Assembly: GCA_963768425.1 (NCBI GenBank)
Contig: CAVYHV010000026.1
Location: 1 to 15,378, forward strand
Length of the DNA: 15,378 nt
DNA from: Candidatus Bathyarchaeota archaeon
Lineage (GTDB): Archaea; Thermoproteota; Bathyarchaeia; Bathyarchaeales; Bathycorpusculaceae
Direction: 5' to 3'
In this document: positions 8,781-15,378 of the stretch, one piece after another
How positions within the stretch are numbered: position 1 is the first letter of the stretch
Layout of the letters: each line of letters opens with the position of its first letter
Made by a program: the position numbers and the translations under genes
Notes under the pieces: model-generated
The model's database searches: none
What the model was told of the DNA's origin: nothing
The model's input: the letters and a program-made list of their open reading frames with translations, nothing else

Positions 8781-9107
8781 TTAAGCTCTCATTTTTTGAA
8801 GCATACAATCTAAAAGGTGCTGGCAAACCATGCAGTCATCTGGAATTTTTTGTTTGTCTTGCCTTTCACTCAGGTAGCCTAGGTGATAGTTGCAGGTTTG
8901 GGGCTTTTCTTTGTTTTTATCCTTCTTGTCTTTAGAAGAGCGATTTTCCTCTTGGGTTTCACTTTTAATGATTTCAGTTTGAGGGTAAGTTATTAATGTC
9001 AGACAGAAGGGACATGCTGGGTAGGGTCCCGCTGAATCCCGCAGATTCAAGGTCTTAAGTGGTGTAGCAAAAACTTTTCCGCATGAAGGATTCGGGCAGG
9101 TGAACAT
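8781..9107 (-). CDS. Cys-rich, probably Zn-binding, hypothetical protein
   Basis: 108 aa: CPNPSC...CPFC ribbon, a charged linker, and a C-terminal CNYHLGYLSER...IPDDCMVCQHLLDCM cluster. GAAGGGA lies upstream of the ATG. Confidence 0.8.
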   Translation of the reverse strand: MFTCPNPSCGKVFATPLKTLNLRDSAGPYPACPFCLTLITYPQTEIIKSETQEENRSSKDKKDKNKEKPQTCNYHLGYLSERQDKQKIPDDCMVCQHLLDCMLQKMRA

Positions 9108-9200
9108 TTTTGTCCCTTCTCGTTTCAGAGAACGATGACATAGTCTAGTTATCAGATAGGCTTCACTGCTTATAGTGTTGATGAATTCAAAATACAGACG

Positions 9201-10400
9201 TTAACTATCGATGCTGCATGTTTGGGTTGGGGACGCAATCTTTTTTAAGTTTTCGGCACCTTCCGCATATCCTGAAGCAACCAATACGTCGCCTGCTTGA
9301 ATCCTTGAATCAGCACGTGGGCGCAGGGTTTTTTCGCCTCTTTTAATCACTAAAACCCACATGCCTGTTTCTTCATGCACCTGTGCTTCCTTCAAGGTCT
9401 TGTTCACTAGCGGCGAGTCAGCGGTTACGCAGGCTTGGGCAACTGTTTCTTCTGCTTCTCTAATTGTTAATTTCAAAATCGGGTGCGGCTCAATACCTCG
9501 TAACACAACTTCCGCTATATCCGCGGCGGCATCAGCGATCTTTTCTGTTGCCACACCTAACCTGATTAACCCAAGGAAACCAGACGCTTCTTCTTTTTTG
9601 AAGTCACTTTTTAGGGCAAGCAGTTCAAATTCAGTATGCAGCTGATCAACTTTCTCTTCTAGCCTTTCAACTTCTTCAGCTAGCTCCTTGCTGTTGAGCA
9701 TCACAGCGGAGTAGGCTAAATCCAGCATTATTTCTGAGGTATCTTTGAGCTCGACGAATCTCAAGCCGATTTCCTCAAATTTAGCTCGTTCTTCAACGTT
9801 GAGTTTTGCCAGTTCTCCTTCAGCTAAGTCTTTGAAGGCTTCAATACCCGTGGGTGCGCCACGCGTAATTAAGACATCGCCTTGGAATATTCTTTCTCCA
9901 CCTTTTGGGTCTAGAATCCAATCCTGGTTACGGCGGATCGCAATTATATCAATGCCCATTGTCGGAGCTAATTCAAGCTCATCAATGGTTTTCTTAACTA
10001 TGGTTGAATTAGGTTTAACTGTTACTTTCATCAGATGCTCTTCTACCTTCTCAAAAAATTTTCCCACAACCGGGTGAACTCCGATATTACGAGTTACAAT
10101 TGCCGCGATGTCTGCGGCTGCGTCGGAAATTTTATCGGTGGCGGAAGCTACTCGAGAAATCCCTACCATTGCCTCGGCTTCCTTTGGGTTTCTTGAAGCA
10201 ACCATTATTTCCATTTCCAAAAGGTACCCCAATGTGTCTACACGGGTTTCAAGAGCCAAAACGTCTTCCGCGAGATCTTTGTCATTGTAAAGGGCTGAGG
10301 AATAAGCGAGGTCAATCATTAATTCGGATAGATTTTTCATTTCGAGCAAAAGTTCCCTGACGGGTATGGGTTTGTACTCTATTCTTTCGAACTTTGGCAT
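9201..10400 (-). CDS. Tandem (PhoU-like + TrkA-C/RCK_C)x2 ion-transport regulatory protein
   Basis: Internal duplication: EMKNLSELMIDLAYSSALYN.../ELKDTSEIMLDLAYSAVMLN..., ATDKISDAAADIA/ATEKIADAAADIA, and RCK_C segments GIDIIAIRR...GDVLITRG / GMWVLVIKRG...GDVLVASG. Confidence 0.9.
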   Translation of the reverse strand: MPKFERIEYKPIPVRELLLEMKNLSELMIDLAYSSALYNDKDLAEDVLALETRVDTLGYLLEMEIMVASRNPKEAEAMVGISRVASATDKISDAAADIAAIVTRNIGVHPVVGKFFEKVEEHLMKVTVKPNSTIVKKTIDELELAPTMGIDIIAIRRNQDWILDPKGGERIFQGDVLITRGAPTGIEAFKDLAEGELAKLNVEERAKFEEIGLRFVELKDTSEIMLDLAYSAVMLNSKELAEEVERLEEKVDQLHTEFELLALKSDFKKEEASGFLGLIRLGVATEKIADAAADIAEVVLRGIEPHPILKLTIREAEETVAQACVTADSPLVNKTLKEAQVHEETGMWVLVIKRGEKTLRPRADSRIQAGDVLVASGYAEGAENLKKIASPTQTCSIDS

Positions 10401-10454
10401 TGACCAGAGGTCTCTCCAAACAAGATACCGTTTTGAATTATTTTAATTATGCCC

Positions 10455-11717
10455 TTAATGCAATGTGAACAAAAGCAGTGTTATTAGCAGAGAGATTGAC
10501 ATTATGATTGTTGCGAAGGATGTTTCAAGCGGTATCACGAAGTTCTCTGGGTTTAATCCTCTTCTAAAGGTTAGTATCGCTATGCTGTATGATACAAGGA
10601 CTATGCCGATGACAGCTATTACGTTGGATACCCAGATTATCGTCACCACATCAAGAACATTTGATAATGAAGACACGCGGTTAATAGCTAACGAGCTCAA
10701 AGCCAAGACAACAAAAATAAAAAACGACGCTAGCCATGCGCTGGCTATGTTTTTGGCATGGCTTCGAATGGAGTTGAACGTTGGTTTAAGCAAGCCTAAA
10801 GCGAGCTTCGTGTTGGCGGTTGAGCCTACAACTGAGCCGACGTTGCTTATGTTGTTGATTAAGGCTGGGTAAGCTGTGAGCAGGGCGGGGTAAATCATAA
10901 CAATTTCTTTTTGGGTAAATCTTGTTAATCCCCCGAAAATTGTTCCCGTCAAAGTAACAATTAAGGCCACAAGAATCAGCATCAAGAATGATTCGTGTAC
11001 GGTTCTTTTAAATTCAAAGTCGTTCCTATCCCTTGAAACTAAGAATAAAACAAGGAGCAAATGCGCTAAACCGATTCCTGCAATCAATAACGTTCCAGGA
11101 AAAAAGGTCGAAAGCTTCAGCACTCCGACGTAGCAGAGTGTGATAAAGATACTGGCTGACGTCGCTATAACGGGGTAGACAATGATGTCGGGGTCTAATC
11201 CTCTCTTGAAGGAAACGAAAGCAACCTTAATGGTGACCAACGAAAACAGCAGCCCTATTGCCAACGTTGAAACCGTCACCAAAAGGAGCGTTGGGAAGTC
11301 CGAGAGCCTGATACCCAAGAACAAGTAGCCGAAAAACACCGATATAACGCTGACAGTTAAGCTTGTGACTAGAGTTAAAACGATTATTCCGTGGAGAAGT
11401 TTATAGAATGATTGGGTGTTTTTGGAAAATTGGGGGTTGATTGTTCCGAGGTGAAGGGCGGTACTCAATCGACCGCTGAGCAACCCGTTAATTATTCTGG
11501 TGCTTATAAGCGCTGGATAAAGCGCCAATGCCCAACGGTAATGCTCGAATACGTTAAGTTGATATGCAATCAGAAAACCGGCAATTAGCCCAGCTATGTC
11601 AAACAAGTAAGCGAGTGTTGTTTGCTTAAGCATCCCACGGAAAGAAATAGAAAGGCTGCCATTTGAGATCCTGATTGCCCCCTTAAGGTTGACTGCAAAA
11701 AAGCTGTCTAGATCCAA
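10455..11717 (-). CDS. MgtE/SLC41-family divalent cation transporter with two integral-membrane repeats; start uncertain (TTG 11717 or ATG 11633)
   Basis: About 10-11 TM helices. YPAL...SGRLSTALHLG / YPAL...GSTANTKLALG and GLDPD / GLNPEN repeats. Directly upstream of the PhoU-RCK_C gene, a pairing known in archaea. Confidence 0.88.
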   Translation of the reverse strand: MDLDSFFAVNLKGAIRISNGSLSISFRGMLKQTTLAYLFDIAGLIAGFLIAYQLNVFEHYRWALALYPALISTRIINGLLSGRLSTALHLGTINPQFSKNTQSFYKLLHGIIVLTLVTSLTVSVISVFFGYLFLGIRLSDFPTLLLVTVSTLAIGLLFSLVTIKVAFVSFKRGLDPDIIVYPVIATSASIFITLCYVGVLKLSTFFPGTLLIAGIGLAHLLLVLFLVSRDRNDFEFKRTVHESFLMLILVALIVTLTGTIFGGLTRFTQKEIVMIYPALLTAYPALINNISNVGSVVGSTANTKLALGLLKPTFNSIRSHAKNIASAWLASFFIFVVLALSSLAINRVSSLSNVLDVVTIIWVSNVIAVIGIVLVSYSIAILTFRRGLNPENFVIPLETSFATIIMSISLLITLLLFTLH

Positions 11718-11898
11718 ATGTTTGAAGCTTGCCAGTTAGTTCTTGGCGAAAACTGAAGTGTTCCACTGCTGTTTGCAGTAAAGAGGCTGCTTCGTGGGCA
11801 ACTTTTGAATTTCTTGATTTGTGGACTTCTTGCATTTTTCCGCCATCCCTTTCTTTTGGCTGTCCACAGGTCACAGAATATGCGTGCGGGCTGCCAAA

Positions 11899-11920
11899 GC
11901 CGATTAAACTGCCGATTAAA
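11899..11920. repeat. 10-bp direct repeat GCCGATTAAA x2 (period 12)
   Basis: Copies at 11899-11908 and 11911-11920. Confidence 0.85.
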
Positions 11921-11939
11921 GTTTCTGAAAGACAGTGAT

Positions 11940-11956
11940 GTTATAAATAGTTTCCG
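11940..11956 (-). promoter_or_regulatory. Putative BRE/TATA for a minus-strand transcript heading into the MgtE-like gene
   Basis: Minus strand reads CGGAAACTATTTATAAC, a good BRE followed by TTTATAA. The predicted start site (about 11915-11920) falls on the direct repeat. Confidence 0.5.
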
Positions 11957-11998
11957 ACCCAAAAGGTTGGCTTGGCTCTGAATGTGTCGGATTGCTGT

Positions 11999-14150
11999 TT
12001 AGTGTTTTTGTGAGTAGTTTTTTGGTTGGTAAACGCACCAGGGATCTTCGGTTAGGTAGTCTCTTTTTAGTTCGGTTGGTTCGTGAAGGTCGCCGCAGTA
12101 ATCGATGAAGTCGTTGGATAAGCCGTAGGCGCGGGCTCGGCAGCCGCCGCATAAAGAGCGGTGTTCACAGACTCCGCATTTGCCTTTTAACATGTTTGGG
12201 TTTCTTAGGGCTTTGAAGACTTCTGAGTTAAACCAAATGTCTTTGAAACTCTTCTCTCGCACGTTTCCAAGTTTGATCGGCAAGTAGGGACACGGAGTAA
12301 CGTCGCCGTTTGGATATATGCGGCAGTAGTACTGTCCTGCGATGCAGCCGCGAATCCACTGCCTCATATCCAAGCCCATGCCTTTTGCAATTCTCATAAA
12401 CTGAGGCGCGCATGAAGGTCTTACGTTTAGCGTATGATTGGCGGTTTTCGCGAACGTTTTCGTTATCATTTCCTCATATTGCGCTGGGGAAATGTCGGCT
12501 AATTTGGTTCCCCTCCCCGTTGGAACAAGGAAGAACAAATGGAAATTTTCAACGCCGATGCTTTCCGCAAGCGCCATTATATCGTCTATTTGATTGTAGT
12601 TCTGCTGAGTTAAGGTCGTGTTAACTTGGACAAGCACGTTGTTTTTTCTCAAAGCCTTGCAGGCTTCAACTGCTTTTTCCCAAGCGCCAGCTACTCCGCG
12701 GAACTCGTCGTGCTGACCTGGGATATTGGAGTCTAAGCTGACTGAAACTGTGGCTATTCCTGCGTCTTTGAGTTTTTTTGCTACAGCCTCGTCAATGAGG
12801 CTTCCGTTGCTTCCTAAACCCATCTTCAATCCAATCTTTGCACCGTACCTGATGAGTTCATAAATGTCAGGGCGCAAAAGAGGTTCACCGCCGCTCAGAA
12901 TCAGAAGCGGACGACTGACCTGGTAGATTTGATCCATTAGGTTTTTTGCTTCTTTAGTGTTCAATTCGTTGTCGAGCTTTTTGTCCGTGGCGTTGATGTA
13001 GCAGTGGGAACATTTCATGTTGCATTCGCGGGTTATGTTCCACGACATGACAAGGGGAACAAACTGCTCCTGCTTCTTGGCAAGCGGCGAATAAGCCAAT
13101 TTGAGGTAAAACTCACAGTTAGGATGTGTTGCTAATCTTTTGGGTTGCCAAAGGGTGAATGGGAAAGGCAGAACCGTATCCAACATTGCTTTGGCATGGG
13201 CAAAACAGAAATGGGTGCAAAAAAGTGAAGCTGCTTCGGGATTTACGCCGTACTTCTCCTCGGCATATTTGTGGCTTCCAAAGATCGGGCAATTCATGAA
13301 CTCCATGCGCCCATCCAACGTTTCAGTGCTCATCGTGTAGTTGATCAAGTGGTCGCTTAGCATGATTGACTGCAGCTTTTCCCTTCGCATCCCGACTTTT
13401 AAGTGTAACGTCAAGCGCGATTTCAACGGTTTCTTGACCGAACCTGTCCTGCACCCTCTCCATCGCATCTTCAACCGCCTGCACCCCCAAATCCTCAGCC
13501 AGCTTAGCCGTGACCAGTAGACCCTTAATTGTCTCATACTCTTGGATCAGCCGCATTCGAATAATCTGTTCTGTCCAAGCAAGAAACAGTTTTTCCAACG
13601 CTTCAGACGCCTTGGGATCCTTGTTAGTTAAAGGCTCTTCAACGTTTTTTCTTTCTTTTTTTAGCTTATTGAAAAGGTTAATTTTGTCTGTGTTTTCAAG
13701 ATGTGTGCTTGACGCTATTTCTTGGGCGCTTAAAGTGAAAGGCGTGATTTCTCCGGTGAGCTCTTTGGCGTCTGCTTGAAAATCACTATAGATACTCTCA
13801 AGTTTTAGGGATACGTCGGGTAAACACAGTTGCAACTCGTTTAGCAGCACACTGGTTTCCGCCTCCATCTTTGTGACCATAGCCATATGGTAAAGCAGCG
13901 AACCCGACATGCCAGGGTCAGCCAGTTTGCCATTTACTCCTGAGAAAATTTCTGATGATAGACGCTTCGCCAAATCAAAATCTTCGTCCTCAATCGCGGC
14001 TAATGCTTGTTTAAGCTTTTGCTGCCTTAGAAGCAGCAGCTGCGCCCATCTGTGGCATTGTTTGGGGTCGAAGTTTGTTAATGCATCCACGTCCTTGAGG
14101 TAGTATTGATTCATGGGTTGATGGTAAAAAAGGTTAGCGGTGTTGCCCAT
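11999..14150 (-). CDS. Multidomain radical SAM/SPASM protein (AhbD/NirJ-like) with N-terminal helical and V4R/ATC-hydrolase-like Cys domains; ~716 aa if the extra base at 13397-13400 is removed
   Basis: CNMKCSHC radical SAM motif, LSGGEPLLR, VSVSLD, FHLFFLVPTGRG, SCAPQF, and SPASM GCIAG..YC...G.V.PC...KCGVC....CGGCRARA...DPWC. ORFs 13323-14150 and 11999-13537 join at CTT AAA A GTC GGG ATG (minus strand). Confidence 0.8.
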
Positions 14151-14223
14151 GTTATGTTACGATGCATCTTCTTCGATAACCTAATAAGGCGCTAAACCAA
14201 CATAGCCAGACTAACAGGTGAAA

Positions 14224-14310
14224 ATGTTGAATTTCGATTGGATCTACGCTTTGGTAGGTTTCCTAATCATGTTCGGCGTTCTTAGGTGGCATAGGTATCG
14301 AGAAGCCTAG
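14224..14310 (+). CDS. 28-aa single-TM small protein MLNFDWIYALVGFLIMFGVLRWHRYREA (below the ORF-track cutoff)
   Basis: AGGTGA at 14216-14221 just before the ATG (in-frame GTG at 14218 is an alternative start). Hydrophobic core plus basic tail. Stop lies 4 nt before the next ATG. Confidence 0.55.
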   Translation: MLNFDWIYALVGFLIMFGVLRWHRYREA

Positions 14311-14314
14311 AGGA

Positions 14315-14515
14315 ATGAGCGTTAAAATGTGGTGCGTAGGCTACTTGGCGGTGGCAGTGGTCTTCGATGTACTGGTGGTTTTCGGGTTGGTCGGAAACTA
14401 TGCACCTCTTAACGATTTACTTATAGGGCTTTCAGCAGGAGCTGCAACAGGATTAGCCCTTCACGTTATGCATCACATAAACGAAGAAAACATCAACCCA
14501 ACAATAATGGGTTAA
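14315..14515 (+). CDS. 66-aa two-TM small membrane protein
   Basis: Two hydrophobic helices, GAGGA before the ATG, and a His cluster LHVMHH after helix 2. Confidence 0.7.
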   Translation: MSVKMWCVGYLAVAVVFDVLVVFGLVGNYAPLNDLLIGLSAGAATGLALHVMHHINEENINPTIMG

Positions 14516-14557
14516 AACTTAGATATTTGCGCGTCTTCCACTTTTCGGATTCTTCGA

Positions 14558-14640
14558 CAAGCAAACGATGAACTTGCTTCCCTCTCTTTTTGGCTATCAA
14601 AACTCACCTTGCCGCCGAGCGCTTCGGTCATGCATTTAAG
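14558..14640 (-). pseudogene. Remnant of a histidine-kinase HATPase_c C-terminus
   Basis: Minus strand encodes LKCMTEALGGKVSFDSQK, then after a 1-nt shift at about 14585 EGSKFIVCL. This matches the sensor-kinase ending 'K.. EA.GG.I.FES..GKG.KF.V.L'. No G2 box upstream. Confidence 0.6.
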
Positions 14641-14712
14641 AGTAAGGAAGAAATTTGGAAAATTCATAAGAAAGTGTCAAAGGTTCAGTGGTATACTAAA
14701 AAGATAAAGTCC

Positions 14713-15378
14713 TCATTTTCGTAATCTTTTCAAGCTTTCATCAACGCGTTCCAGTTTCAGCTTGGTCAGCGTCTCCGACATTGGTACGCCGTTTTGATCC
14801 CATCCAGCTTGCTCATAGTATTGCATCACTTTTTCCTTCACGCTTGCCCTATCCGCGGCTTGCCCCTTGCAGGGTCCAGTCGGTAGTGGCTCATAGAATC
14901 TCTGCGGGTTGTCATCGTCAGCTTTGGGGTTCCACGTTAAGTCAGGTCCGCCAAGAAGCAGAAGAGCCCGTTGTATCTCCAGTGTTTTCATTCCGCCGCC
15001 GTTAAGCCATCCTTTGCGGGTCAAGGTTTGGCCTGTGAGGGCGTTGTAGAATTCGTATCGGAAAGTCGGCGTTAGGCTGAACGAGGTGAAAATGCACATT
15101 ACCGCTGAATCGTTAAATATCGTCCAAATCTCGCTGCCCCACCCGTCAATGGGTAAGTCAGTCATGGACGTGTGGTCGCCACCCTGCACACTGCATGCAT
15201 AGCCTATTTCACGTGAAAAGTCCATGCCGCTTCGGATTCCATGCGCGCCGATGCTGATGCCTTTGCCTGTTACAGCGTATGGTAGAAGGTTTTTGCCCTT
15301 CATTTTTCCAAGCTTAATTGCCGCTCGGTATACTCCTTCAGCTAAAATGTCGCCTATGCCTTCCCTGTTCGCGATTTT
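14713..15378 (-). CDS. Aldehyde:ferredoxin oxidoreductase family (W/Mo-pterin), C-terminal part (5' end lies outside the window)
   Basis: The frame is open to the window edge: KIANREGIGDILAEGVYRAA, KG...GAH..R, GGDH, DSAVMCIF (Fe-S Cys), DDNPQRFYEPLPTGP and YYEQAGWDQNGVP..ETL.KLKL. Confidence 0.93.
   Translation of the reverse strand, partial: KIANREGIGDILAEGVYRAAIKLGKMKGKNLLPYAVTGKGISIGAHGIRSGMDFSREIGYACSVQGGDHTSMTDLPIDGWGSEIWTIFNDSAVMCIFTSFSLTPTFRYEFYNALTGQTLTRKGWLNGGGMKTLEIQRALLLLGGPDLTWNPKADDDNPQRFYEPLPTGPCKGQAADRASVKEKVMQYYEQAGWDQNGVPMSETLTKLKLERVDESLKRLRK

Noticed and set aside
9021-9050. CGCTGAATCC resembles the start of a c-di-AMP (ydaO) riboswitch
   Set aside because: It lies inside the Cys-rich CDS on the antisense strand and the remaining consensus elements are absent.
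11729-11938. 69-aa Cys-containing ORF on +
   Set aside because: TTG start without a ribosome-binding site, no coherent Cys motif, and it runs against the flanking minus-strand genes.
11935-11981. Box C/D sRNA-like layout GTGATGT...CCGA...CTGA
   Set aside because: The C box is imperfect, there is no C' box, and the first guide is better explained as the minus-strand TATA box.
13398-13537. N-terminal residues of the 512-aa track ORF (MRQLRVYWSRL...)
   Set aside because: Alternative-frame read of the upstream ORF before the frameshift, not a real N-terminus.
1-15378. CRISPR arrays, tRNA/rRNA genes, IS elements and selenocysteine/pyrrolysine read-through
   Set aside because: No periodic repeats, cloverleaf, transposase motifs or in-frame stops interrupting conserved domains were seen.

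Overview
Archaeal chromosomal segment, probably Bathyarchaeia (inferred from protein family style, not from a marker gene). It is densely coding, with no rRNA, tRNA, CRISPR array or transposase visible. Gene order: 3' part of cdc6/orc1 (+), converging on the DNA polymerase D small subunit DP1 (-); AbrB-PhoU regulator split by a 1-nt frameshift; pyrE; a kinase/phosphoesterase trio (APH-like COG2187 domain, PHP phosphoesterase, AAA_33/COG0645 kinase); ahcY; a 2-TM protein resembling eukaryotic DPM2; a Cys-rich protein; a tandem (PhoU-RCK_C)x2 protein behind an MgtE/SLC41 transporter lacking the canonical Mg-binding Asp; a hairpin-rich ~230-nt region upstream of the transporter; an AhbD-like radical SAM/SPASM enzyme apparently fused across a 1-nt frameshift to a ~365-aa N-terminal region (helical part plus V4R/ATC-hydrolase-like Cys domain); two divergent small membrane ORFs, one of them a 28-aa ORF missing from the ORF track; a decayed histidine-kinase tail; and the 3' part of an aldehyde:ferredoxin oxidoreductase. 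The best candidate for an undescribed system is the extended radical SAM protein with its divergent small-protein pair. All family assignments come from motif recognition by eye, not from searches.
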